DNA of 64,000 nucleotides from Planctomycetota bacterium (lineage in GTDB: Bacteria; Planctomycetota; B15-G4). Below are positions 50,548 to 59,650 of this stretch, piece after piece; within the stretch, counting starts at the first letter, position 1, and each line of letters opens with the position of its first letter. Location of the stretch: NCBI GenBank assembly GCA_965248575.1, contig CBDFJQ010000002.1:1664001-1728000 (forward strand), given 5' to 3'. Under the pieces are notes generated by a model. That model saw only the letters and a list, made by a program, of their open reading frames with translations, was not told where the DNA came from and made no database searches. The position numbers were made by a program, and so were the translations under genes.

Positions 50548-51881
50548 CGGGTCTCCGCAGTGGCGTGGATGCGGAAGCGTTCTCCGCCCGCACCGTTGGC
50601 AAGAATCACACGCTGGCTGGCCTCGATGCGCACATCGCTGAACGCACCGGTTGCCAGGAGGGCGTCAGCGAAAACACGCACTTCGCCGTCGCCTCCAGCC
50701 AATCCATTAAGTGCTGCCACCAACTGCCGAGAGCCCTTGTCTGCGGACCTCATGTCGTCGATGGTGATGATCTCGAGCAGCAGGTTCTCGGGCGCCGAGT
50801 TGGCGATGATCCCGAACAACAGGGACATCTTGTGTCCCGGACGAACGCCAGCCATATGCGCCGAGTTCGTCTGCTCCTTGATCAACTCAGCCTGCATGGC
50901 AGCAAGCTGGAGTTCGCCAGCCTGCTGGCTGTCGACACGATCCTGGATCAGCGTATTCTGGGTCTGCAGGTTGTCGATGCGCTGGTAGCCGAGTAGGCCC
51001 GCAGTCAGCACCAGGGCACCCGCAGCGGCGCTCATGTAGGCCCGCACGCGACGGATCCGACGCTTCTTGCGGATCACGCGCTCTGCGTCCGGAGTGAACT
51101 CCGTCAGAATGGTGCCGTCCGTTCCAAGGCCCGTCGCAGACGCGTCCTCGACCAGTTCGGCTGGCGCACTGACCACCATGCCAAGGTCCTGGGCCATGGA
51201 CTGCAGGTCTGTGTCCTGGACGCCGCTGCATGTCAGCACCGAGAAGGAGTCCGTCGACAACAGGGAGGCAGCCCGGCTGATGGTGGCCCTCAACTCCACA
51301 TGGGAGATGGGCCGCTCGACGATGCGGCAGAACAGGAGACGCCCGTCGATGCCAGCCTGCACGACGTCGGCAGTGTCCGTGCGCACCAGGCGCACCTGCA
51401 TGCCGTCACCGGTCCAGGCACGCCACGCAGCAAGAGCCGCAGCCTCGACAGCATGCACCTGGAGCTGAAGCTCCCGGCAGGCTGTCATGACCTTGGAGAT
51501 GCGCTCGTGGAGCACCGCAGCGTGGATCACCATCGAGGGTCCCGTACCCGTGGGCGAACTGGCTACAGCCACGCCCAAGGCAGCGTTTTCCTCGTTGAAC
51601 ACCGGATCGCCCTTCAGGCGCTCGGCGCACACGGCACGAGCCGACTTGGTCGCACCTGGCGGCACGACCAAGGACTCCACGAGGACGTTTTTGCCCTCGA
51701 TACCAATGGAAACGTCCTTCCCCACGAATGGGGAGGACGTGAGGAGCTGCTTTAAGCTCTTTCGGAAGTCCCCCTCAAGGGGGACAGCGGCCGTGACCAA
51801 CCTGCCTTCGATGCGTTGTGCACCGCGCAGGGCATGGTCGGCGACCACAACACCGATCCTGCTCGCCTTCTTTGCCTTCAA
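50544..51881 (-). CDS. PilM-PilN fusion (GspL-like architecture)
   Basis: Degenerate actin-like cytoplasmic domain ('VEAAALAAWRA', 'LLFCRIV'), basic stretch + TM, PilN-like 'LNGLA...VRVFADAL..TGAFSDV'. Confidence 0.78.
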   Translation of the reverse strand: MKAKKASRIGVVVADHALRGAQRIEGRLVTAAVPLEGDFRKSLKQLLTSSPFVGKDVSIGIEGKNVLVESLVVPPGATKSARAVCAERLKGDPVFNEENAALGVAVASSPTGTGPSMVIHAAVLHERISKVMTACRELQLQVHAVEAAALAAWRAWTGDGMQVRLVRTDTADVVQAGIDGRLLFCRIVERPISHVELRATISRAASLLSTDSFSVLTCSGVQDTDLQSMAQDLGMVVSAPAELVEDASATGLGTDGTILTEFTPDAERVIRKKRRIRRVRAYMSAAAGALVLTAGLLGYQRIDNLQTQNTLIQDRVDSQQAGELQLAAMQAELIKEQTNSAHMAGVRPGHKMSLLFGIIANSAPENLLLEIITIDDMRSADKGSRQLVAALNGLAGGDGEVRVFADALLATGAFSDVRIEASQRVILANGAGGERFRIHATAETR

Positions 51882-51914
51882 GACTCATCCTCCGGCTCGC
51901 GTGAGAAGCCACGC

Positions 51915-52418
51915 CTACTGGCTTATCGGCACTTCGGCCAGCTCACCCGTAGCCGTATTGATGCGCAGTGATCGACTCACTCCTCCAGCAGAGATGATCA
52001 CGTCCACGGGGTAGACCAAGATTCCACGGTCATCGAACATCACGAGCGAACGGTTGAGAGGATTTGCCACATAATCGATGGAGATGCCCGCTGGCTGCCC
52101 CGGGTCGCTCAGGCGCAAGGCGTACAGGCTGTGGGTCAGCGGGTCTTCCTGGGCCACGCCCTGGGCGTTCACCACGGCAATCCACTGGCCCTGGACGTTC
52201 ACGAAGGCGCTCATCTTCTCGCCCGTGTGGTAGGCGAGGGATTGGGCGTGGTCGATGGCGTCCTGAAGCTGCAGCTGAACCATGTCCAGCTTGCGCTCAT
52301 TGTCGGGAGAAGCGTTGGGCAGGGCGATGACCGCCAGGAAGGCGATCACGCTGACCGACACCATCAACTCCATGATGGTGAAACCGCGGTTCTTGCTGTT
52401 CTTAGTTACTGAAAACAT
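51915..52418 (-). CDS. Minor pilin FimT/GspH-like, cassette B
   Basis: 'NRG/FTIMELMVSV'; 'FDDRG', 'ATGEL'; paralog of 42231..42734. Confidence 0.85.
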   Translation of the reverse strand: MFSVTKNSKNRGFTIMELMVSVSVIAFLAVIALPNASPDNERKLDMVQLQLQDAIDHAQSLAYHTGEKMSAFVNVQGQWIAVVNAQGVAQEDPLTHSLYALRLSDPGQPAGISIDYVANPLNRSLVMFDDRGILVYPVDVIISAGGVSRSLRINTATGELAEVPISQ

Positions 52419-53415
52419 TGCATGCCTCCATGGCGTTCATCTCGGCCACCGTGTAGTCCTCGGCCGGGAAGGCGATTTTTGTGACGCGCTCGGCGCCGGC
52501 GATGAGCTTGGACGACCAGCTCTGGGGTCCCCGACCGTGGCCGGGACGCTTGATCTGGTTCCCGCAGCCACCGGACGTCTCGGTGGTGACCATGCCCTTC
52601 ACCGTTCCGCGGCAGGGCAGGTCGAGTTCGTCAGAGATCACCTGGCCTTGGATCTCGACACGGGCATTCGCGTCCGCATTGACCACACAGTCGGGGCCGA
52701 CCATGGCCACATCCGGCAGGACCGTGCCGGCGATCAGGCGGATGCCCCCCACCATGTTGATGGTCGGCCGGTTGGACCCCGTCTGCTTGGCGTTGCTCTT
52801 GCACAGCCCAGCACGGGTGATGATCGTCCCGCGCAGGACCACGTTGTCGAGGGTCAGATCGGCGCCGTTCTCCAGGATGAACAGCCCCGCCATCTGCGTG
52901 TTGGAGTACGTGGAGGTCCCGCCGATGATGGTGACGTTGCCGGCCATCATCGCCGTGGTCCCTTCATCACAGTCGAGGCGCGTCGGGTCACCGGCGGCAT
53001 CGTTCTCGGGCATCACGACTGCATTCGCCTTCACCGCAGCCTCGTCGGTGAACGAGCCGTTCAGCTTGTGGGCCTTGGTGCGCAGGCGGCGACGGTCATG
53101 GACCTTCACGTCACGCTCGATGGTCACGACGTGCCCGTCCTCGGTCAGGACGATCTCCTCGTCCCCGTTCTGGACGTTGCCAGGCGGGTCACCGAGGCGC
53201 ATCTGCTCGCGGGCGTGCATCATTCCCGAGTGCGCGGCTTCCTCGGTTTCGCTGGCACCGTGGGACATCTCGAGGGTGCCCTTGGCGAGCACGGCATGCC
53301 GTGCCCAGGTCACGGAGACCGAGGCGGCGATTCCCGCAAGAATCAGGCTGGCGAGAACGACCCAGCCCTGTTCGGAAGAACGCGCGGGTCGGGGATGAGT
53401 GTTTGGGGTTTTCAT
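52402..53415 (-). CDS. PilX/GspK-like tip pilin with a beta-solenoid-like domain, cassette B
   Basis: 'EQG/WVVLASLIL' (no E5), 'AAHSGMMHA'; paralog of 42821..43867. Confidence 0.78.
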   Translation of the reverse strand: MKTPNTHPRPARSSEQGWVVLASLILAGIAASVSVTWARHAVLAKGTLEMSHGASETEEAAHSGMMHAREQMRLGDPPGNVQNGDEEIVLTEDGHVVTIERDVKVHDRRRLRTKAHKLNGSFTDEAAVKANAVVMPENDAAGDPTRLDCDEGTTAMMAGNVTIIGGTSTYSNTQMAGLFILENGADLTLDNVVLRGTIITRAGLCKSNAKQTGSNRPTINMVGGIRLIAGTVLPDVAMVGPDCVVNADANARVEIQGQVISDELDLPCRGTVKGMVTTETSGGCGNQIKRPGHGRGPQSWSSKLIAGAERVTKIAFPAEDYTVAEMNAMEACNVFSN

Positions 53416-53469
53416 GGGACTGTCTCTAGGCGTGCTGTGTGCGAGGGGAGAGAAGGGTGAAGCGGCAGA

Positions 53470-54015
53470 TCAGGCGCCTGCTTCCTCCTCCGTCTGGGGT
53501 TCGATGATCCACCAGCGGTACGTGCCCGAATCCTGGTCGCCCTTGAGCACGGTCACGGCGAGCTCGGTGAGCATGTCGCCCTCGAACGTCAGGGGGTCGA
53601 CCTCCACCGTGGGGTTCTGGAGGTCGACGACGCGCACCTTGACCTCCTGCTCCCAACCGATGTGGCTGAGGATGGTCTGGTACTCGGCAGAGCGCGGTGG
53701 ATCAAAGTCCAGTTCGTCGAGATCCCACAACGTGGTCACGTCGGGACCGAAGTTGCTGGGGTCACCAGGGTCCGATTCCCAGGGCAGCAGGATGGCGGCT
53801 TCGTGGATCTCCTGCGCCAACATCAGCGCCTCATGTGGGCCATCAGAGAAGTAGTTGTAGACCTGAGCTGAGCCGGAAAGGGAGGAGATCGACGCGACGA
53901 TCGTGGTGCCCACGATCAGTGTCGCCAGCATCAGCTCAGCGAAGGATGTGCCGCGATCGCTGCGCCGTGCCCGGCGGAGCGTCGAGCGAGAAAGCTGAGA
54001 ACCGAGGTTTTTCAT
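53470..54015 (-). CDS. Minor pilin PilV/GspI-like, cassette B
   Basis: 'DRG/TSFAELMLATLIVG' (E5 kept, F1 replaced by T); paralog of 43864..44400. Start re-called to ATG 54015. Confidence 0.8.
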   Translation of the reverse strand: MKNLGSQLSRSTLRRARRSDRGTSFAELMLATLIVGTTIVASISSLSGSAQVYNYFSDGPHEALMLAQEIHEAAILLPWESDPGDPSNFGPDVTTLWDLDELDFDPPRSAEYQTILSHIGWEQEVKVRVVDLQNPTVEVDPLTFEGDMLTELAVTVLKGDQDSGTYRWWIIEPQTEEEAGA

Positions 54016-54087
54016 GAGAATCTGCGTTTCCTTCGAACCCGGACCAAGAAGCCCGGAGCCCGAATGAGAGAGGTCGAAGAGCACCTG

Positions 54088-54115
54088 CTGTCGTCGCCTG
54101 CACCGAGTGACTTAA
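54088..54115 (-). promoter_or_regulatory. Bipartite motif TTAAG-N15-GACGACAG at the head of the filament operon
   Basis: Exact spacing, sense orientation, 72 nt upstream of ATG 54015. Confidence 0.65.
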
Positions 54116-54248
54116 GGATTGGGGCCTTCGTGAAAGAAAGCCCTGGGCGGCCCCGTCCTTTCCCTGCGGCCACTCCGTTCAGGAGGAGTCACAGGCGCCG
54201 AGCGCTATACTCAGCGCAAACCCCCTCTCCCGAGGCGAGGACGGCTTC

Positions 54249-56204
54249 ATGTCCTTTCGCACCCCATACCGCTCACGGTTCCCTTTCGGCAGCGCCCTCC
54301 TGCTGGCGGCCTTGGCGGGCACGCCTTTCTCGGTGCCCTTCGCCCAGAGCCTCGGGTCGGGTGGCGCGGCCAACGCCGGCCCCGCTCCTGTGGTTTCGCC
54401 CTTCTTCCCCACACCCGGACCAGGGGGCTCAGGTGGGCAGTACATCCCCCCGTCCGACATCGGCGGCCCCAAGAACGACTCGAACAACAAAAGCGGCAGC
54501 CCCACTGAAGGCACGGGCGCGAGGGCGCCCGTCGCGTCGGCCCCACGCGGAACGCGCCCCGTGGGGTCAAGCGGCCCGTCTCGTGGCGGGAGCTCCTCTG
54601 GCCCCACCACCATTCGCAACACCGGAATCGACAACTGGGTGCACTGGTGGGAGACCAACAAATTCGACTTCATCAGCCTCCGACGCACCAGTGATACGCC
54701 GATCACCGGGCAGGGTCGGGTGACGGAAACAGCGATCGAGCGGACCGCGCGCGTCGCAGCGACCCAGGCTCTCGTGCGCGCCGACGTGCTGCCCGTGCTG
54801 CGGGCACTCACCGGAGCCACGGATGCAGCCGTGCGTGCCTCCTCCGTCGTTGCGCTCGCCAAGCTGCAGGATGTCGAAGGCGCCGACTTCGCCAAGGAGT
54901 TGCTCCAGGACCGGAACTTCGACGTCCGCCGGGCCTCGATGCTGGCCATGGGCGTGCTGAGTGCCGGCCGCTCGTCCTACGTCCTGATGAACATCGCCGA
55001 CGACTCCTCGCTTGCTCGCAAGCTCCTCAACACCACCAGCATTTCTGACGAAGACCGTGGCGTTGCCCTGCTCGCATCGGCCCTGCGCGGCCACCGCGCC
55101 CCCGAAGCGCTGGTCGCTGATCTGCTGCAGGACACCGAGGACCTCCCCAACGAAGTCCTCGCCTCCGCCTGCGACGCTGCCGGGCTGATTGGCGCAGTCG
55201 GTTCCATTGCCGAGCTTTCAGCTGTCGCCCTGGATGACAACCGGCCGGAGTTCGTTCGGGCGTCCGCCACCACGGCCCTGGGGCGCTTGGGAGACCCCGG
55301 CAGCGTCCCGGCGCTGTTGAAGATTCTCGACACCGCCCTGGAACCCCATCGGGCTGCAACCGTGGCGTTGGGGCTCGCAGCACACTCCAGCCAGAAGCAC
55401 GTGATCGATCGCCTGACCAGCCTGATGGAGAGCACCGATGGCCCCACCCGTCACTTCGCCGCGATCTCCTTGGGTCGACTGGGCGGCGAGACGGCACGAT
55501 TCGCTCTGCGCCGGGCCTTCGAGGACCCGCGCTCCGATATGCGGCCTTGGCTCGCCCTCGGGCTCGGCCTTTGCGAGCGCCGAGAACCGCTCGGCCAACT
55601 GCCCGAGCTCCTGATTCGTCGTTTTGATCAGGAGGCCAATGCCGAGACGGCCGGCGCCTACCTCATCGCGCTGGGTCTCTGCGGACACAACGGCTCTCGC
55701 CGCCCCTCCACCACGCTGCCTTGGGAGAGCATCCTGGCGACCCTGACCGAACAGCTCAACGGCAAGAGCACGCAGATCGCGGCCCATGCTGCCCTGGCAC
55801 TCGGGCTCTCAGGTCATCCGGACGCCACGGGCTCGCTCTTGGCCGCCCTCGATTCCACCAACTCACCCGACGTCCAGCGCCAGATTGCCCTCGCGTTGGG
55901 GGTGCTCGGCAACTCCACGGCGATTCCAAAACTGCTCGAACTCATGCGAGGCACGAACAACCCGTTCGTCGCCAGCTTCGCCGCCATCGGCATTGCATTT
56001 CTAGGCGATGCCGACGCTGTCGGACCGCTCATGCGCATGATCGACAAGTCGGGGCCTCGGGGGGTCACCACGACCTACGCAGTCGCTGCGGTGGGACAGT
56101 TGCTCGACACGGAGCGCCGCCCGGCCCTCTCCCGGCTCGCATCGGGTGACAACTACCTGGCCCGCACGAGCAGCGTCCAGCACCTCTTGGCGCTCGGATT
56201 CTGA
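54249..56204 (+). CDS. Secreted HEAT-repeat protein
   Basis: Signal peptide, Pro/Gly/Ser linker, 'WVHWWETNK' motif, many 'VRxxAxxALGxLG' repeats. Confidence 0.85.
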   Translation: MSFRTPYRSRFPFGSALLLAALAGTPFSVPFAQSLGSGGAANAGPAPVVSPFFPTPGPGGSGGQYIPPSDIGGPKNDSNNKSGSPTEGTGARAPVASAPRGTRPVGSSGPSRGGSSSGPTTIRNTGIDNWVHWWETNKFDFISLRRTSDTPITGQGRVTETAIERTARVAATQALVRADVLPVLRALTGATDAAVRASSVVALAKLQDVEGADFAKELLQDRNFDVRRASMLAMGVLSAGRSSYVLMNIADDSSLARKLLNTTSISDEDRGVALLASALRGHRAPEALVADLLQDTEDLPNEVLASACDAAGLIGAVGSIAELSAVALDDNRPEFVRASATTALGRLGDPGSVPALLKILDTALEPHRAATVALGLAAHSSQKHVIDRLTSLMESTDGPTRHFAAISLGRLGGETARFALRRAFEDPRSDMRPWLALGLGLCERREPLGQLPELLIRRFDQEANAETAGAYLIALGLCGHNGSRRPSTTLPWESILATLTEQLNGKSTQIAAHAALALGLSGHPDATGSLLAALDSTNSPDVQRQIALALGVLGNSTAIPKLLELMRGTNNPFVASFAAIGIAFLGDADAVGPLMRMIDKSGPRGVTTTYAVAAVGQLLDTERRPALSRLASGDNYLARTSSVQHLLALGF

Positions 56205-56337
56205 CCGCCGGGTCATCGGACCCCCCGCCTGCGACGCGCGAGCGACCAGCTCTCGACTCCAGGCGCTACTTCAAGAACGGGCAACGCTATAAAGTGGCAT
56301 TCATCCCCCCCATGCCCCGCCTGCTGGAGTTTGCGCG

Positions 56338-58230
56338 ATGCGTTCTGGAATGGCCCTGAGAGCGTTCCTGTGCTTGCTGGTTCTCGCCCCACTCGCCCCA
56401 TCCCAAGACACCAAGGCACTGGCGGACGAGATCATTCGCGTCATCCGCCCTTCCCAGAATGCCGACGGGAGCTTTGGCACGAGCTTTGAGCAGAACTGCA
56501 GGGTCCTGAACCTGCTCAGCCGCTCGCCGCGCCGCTACACCGAACTCGATGGCCCGTTCTTTCGTCGGGCTGCAGAACAGGTCGTCGCCCACGCAGCGAC
56601 TACGCCGAGACAACAAGCCTGGACAGTGCTCGCCCTCGCGGGCTGTGTCACGGCCCCCATGCAGGCAGCCAGGAATTCGGCAAGAGACGCCTTGGCTGCC
56701 CATGCGCAGGCCTGGTCCTCAGACGAACTGTCCCTGTTCGCCCTGCGCAGTGCCCCTCCCGAGAGCACGCGTTGGGGACAGGCCGCCGCTGATGCGACGC
56801 CCGCGCTGCGCCTGCTCCTAGCTGCGGAGCCCAACCAGGTCGAAGCACCGCCTGGTCATGCCTCCTGGTCTGAAGACAACGGCGCCCGCGCGCCCGCGGG
56901 GCAAGCCGCGGCCGAAAGCGACACGGAACGCTCTGCGGCCATGGAGTGGACCCGCTGGGCGAGGGCCGCCCGCCTGCGCGGCCTCACCCCCAGCACCCTC
57001 CCGCCCTTGCCCAGCCTTCCAGAGGACAACAGCCTGGACGCGCTCCTGGATGCCCTCGAGCGAGTGGTGGTGCAGCATGGTTTGCCCCGCCCCGGCATGC
57101 AGCCCGGCCCGGCCATGGCCCAGGACGATCGTCCAGCAGTCCTGGAGTCTGCCCACGATCTCCGCGCTGGGCTGGAGCACGCCCTGGCCTTTCTCGACGC
57201 CCACCAGACCGGCGGGACCTTTGGGTTGGAGTTGCCTGGGTGGTCCGGCCCGGAACCAGGCATCACCGCCCTGTGCTTGTCGGCCACCCTTGCGACCACC
57301 AGGCAGCTGGGGCAAAGCCCTCCCGATTGGGTGGACTCGGGCCTGGATTACCTGCGCGGACTGCAGCGGCCCGACGGCGCCATCCTCGACTACGGCTTGG
57401 CGGTGTACACCACCTCCGTCGCCCTGGAAGCCCTGATCGACGGAGGGAGGCCTCAAGACAGCGAGGCCGTGGCAGCTGCTCGGGATTTCCTCATCTCCAT
57501 GCAGGCCGACGAGGACCTGGGGTACGACAGTCTGGATGACCCACACTACGGTGGCATCGGTTACGGCGGGGATGAGCGCCCGGACCTCTCCAACACACAG
57601 ATGGCCCTTGAGGCGGCATCCCGGGCCGGCTTGCCCGAGGACTCCTCGTTCGTGGCCAAGACCCTCACCTTCCTGCAGCGGAACCAGAACCTGGCCGAAG
57701 TGAACACGGAGCGCTGGAATCGGGTCGGCGGAGGAGAAGTGGTCTCCGGTAGCGACGGCGGCGCGACCTACATGCCGGGCAACAGCCCCGCCGGCGAGGA
57801 CCAGCAATCGGCTGGGGTCTATCAGGCGCGGTCCTACGGCTCCATGACCTACGCGCTCACCAAGTCGTACCTGCTCTGCGGGCTCGAACAAGGCGACCAG
57901 CGGCTGGACGCTGCGCTGAACTGGATCCTCTCCCACTACACGCTGGAAGAGAACCCGGGCTTCTCCGACCCGAAGAAGAGCGCCGACGGCCTCTACTACT
58001 ACTACCTGGCCCTGGCTCGCACCCTGCGCATGATTCCCGACGAGCAGCTCGTGAGTGAGCAAGGTGCGCTGATCCCTTGGCGAAGAGACCTTCGACGCAA
58101 GCTGCTCGGCAATCAGCGGACGGATGGCTCGTGGTTCAACGCCATGGCACCGCGCTGGTTCGAGGGCGCTCCGACGCTCTGTACGGCCTTTGCCCTGCTT
58201 TCATTGAGTGCAGCCGACGACCACTCCTGA
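56338..58230 (+). CDS. Secreted prenyltransferase/squalene-cyclase-like alpha/alpha-barrel protein
   Basis: Signal peptide; QW-like repeats 'QNADGSF', 'QRPDGAI', 'QRTDGSW'; 'GGIGYG...PDLSNT', 'SYGSMTYA', 'GLYYYY'. Confidence 0.82.
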   Translation: MRSGMALRAFLCLLVLAPLAPSQDTKALADEIIRVIRPSQNADGSFGTSFEQNCRVLNLLSRSPRRYTELDGPFFRRAAEQVVAHAATTPRQQAWTVLALAGCVTAPMQAARNSARDALAAHAQAWSSDELSLFALRSAPPESTRWGQAAADATPALRLLLAAEPNQVEAPPGHASWSEDNGARAPAGQAAAESDTERSAAMEWTRWARAARLRGLTPSTLPPLPSLPEDNSLDALLDALERVVVQHGLPRPGMQPGPAMAQDDRPAVLESAHDLRAGLEHALAFLDAHQTGGTFGLELPGWSGPEPGITALCLSATLATTRQLGQSPPDWVDSGLDYLRGLQRPDGAILDYGLAVYTTSVALEALIDGGRPQDSEAVAAARDFLISMQADEDLGYDSLDDPHYGGIGYGGDERPDLSNTQMALEAASRAGLPEDSSFVAKTLTFLQRNQNLAEVNTERWNRVGGGEVVSGSDGGATYMPGNSPAGEDQQSAGVYQARSYGSMTYALTKSYLLCGLEQGDQRLDAALNWILSHYTLEENPGFSDPKKSADGLYYYYLALARTLRMIPDEQLVSEQGALIPWRRDLRRKLLGNQRTDGSWFNAMAPRWFEGAPTLCTAFALLSLSAADDHS

Positions 58231-58332
58231 GCGAGGGTGGTCTCGTACGGCTGCGTAGACAGCCGAGAATGTGATCGGAAGACCTCCCAGCAGTTTGTGG
58301 CCTCTCCCAGCCTGGGGTATCGTTCGACTCCT

Positions 58333-59643
58333 ATGAAGCTGTTCAATTTCGTACTCGCAACAACCGGTCCGACGCTGACGAATCTCAAGATTCTCAGTCG
58401 CTACGGATACGCCGCTACCCGCCACATGACGCCACGCAAGCTGATCAACTTGGCGCGCGTGGAATGGTCCCGCTTCCGGGGCAGTGACACCGTGGGCGGT
58501 TTTCCGTACGTGCTCAAGATCGAGTCCACGAACGTCTGCAACCAACGCTGCCCCTTCTGCCTGGATCGCGACCGGGACAAGATCGACGACGACGGACGCG
58601 GCTTCGGCAAGATGCACCTGGACTGTTACAAGGGCGTGATCGACGTCCTGGCGCCCACGACCCTGCGCCTGAACCTCTACGGCTCGGGCGAACCGGTGCT
58701 CTACCCGGACATCTACGAGATGATCCGCTACGCGGCAGACAAGAACATCGGCGTGACCATCAGCGCAAACCTGTCGGTCTTCAAGAAGGAGAACGCCGAG
58801 AAGCTTGTGGAATCCGGGCTTGAGCACCTCATCGTGAGCTGCCACGGCGCGAGCCCCGAGACCTACGACAAGTACAACGTGGGCGGCGACTTCCACAAGA
58901 CGCAGGAGAACATGCGCGCCATCGTGGAGGCCAAGAAGCGGCTCGGCAGCCGTCTGCCCTTCGTCGACTGGCAGTTCCTGCGCTTCAGCCACAACCAGCA
59001 CGAGATTCCGAAGGCCCGCCTGATGGCCAAGGACATCGGCGTGAACATGATTCGCTTCATCAACCCCAACATCCCACCCGAGCACAAGGAAGAGTGGCGG
59101 CCCCGCCGGGATGATGAGATCGCGGATGCCAACCGGGGCGAAGGCGCCGTGAATGCCAGCCCGGGTGTGCACATCTCCGAAGAGGACCAGGCCGTGGCTC
59201 GTGGTGAGCGCAGCGTGGCCAGCGAGACCGCGCGTCCGAAGGCGGACGTGAACACCTGCTCATGGCTCTACCGTTCCATCTTCTTCAACTGGGATGGAGG
59301 CATCCTGCCCTGCTGCGATGGCACCACGGAGCCCGGACACGACCTCGCCAAGTTCACCGGCCAGAGTCGCGAGGAGTTCGCGGACTTCTGGAACGGCAAG
59401 ACCTACCGGTTGCTGCGCAACATGGCCAACTTCCGCATCCCGCGGGAGGAGATGGACAAGACCTACACCTGCGCCAAGTGCATCAAGCCGCACATGCCCT
59501 TCATCCTGTATGAGCGGGGCTTCGACCTTCCCAAGAAGTTCGAGAAGCGCCTGCTCAAGACCGAGCCGGATCTCAAGGCCCAGCGCACGCGCTGGGAAAC
59601 CGAGAAGACCTCCCGCTCGAGCGACGTGCTCGGCGGCATGTAA
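58333..59643 (+). CDS. Radical SAM protein with SPASM/twitch domain
   Basis: 'CNQRCPFC', 'GSGEP', C-terminal 'CSWL...DGGILPCC...CAKC'. Start re-called to ATG 58333, after TTGTGG-N17-TATCGT. Confidence 0.9.
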   Translation: MKLFNFVLATTGPTLTNLKILSRYGYAATRHMTPRKLINLARVEWSRFRGSDTVGGFPYVLKIESTNVCNQRCPFCLDRDRDKIDDDGRGFGKMHLDCYKGVIDVLAPTTLRLNLYGSGEPVLYPDIYEMIRYAADKNIGVTISANLSVFKKENAEKLVESGLEHLIVSCHGASPETYDKYNVGGDFHKTQENMRAIVEAKKRLGSRLPFVDWQFLRFSHNQHEIPKARLMAKDIGVNMIRFINPNIPPEHKEEWRPRRDDEIADANRGEGAVNASPGVHISEEDQAVARGERSVASETARPKADVNTCSWLYRSIFFNWDGGILPCCDGTTEPGHDLAKFTGQSREEFADFWNGKTYRLLRNMANFRIPREEMDKTYTCAKCIKPHMPFILYERGFDLPKKFEKRLLKTEPDLKAQRTRWETEKTSRSSDVLGGM

Positions 59644-59650
59644 GGCCCCC

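Noticed and set aside
56338..58230. Squalene-hopene or oxidosqualene cyclase (hopanoid/sterol synthesis) linked to the MMPL
   Set aside because: No DxDD/DCTAE catalytic motif, and it carries a signal peptide.
58333..59643. RiPP cluster around the radical SAM/SPASM gene
   Set aside because: No credible precursor ORF, RRE/PqqD domain, peptidase or dedicated exporter nearby.
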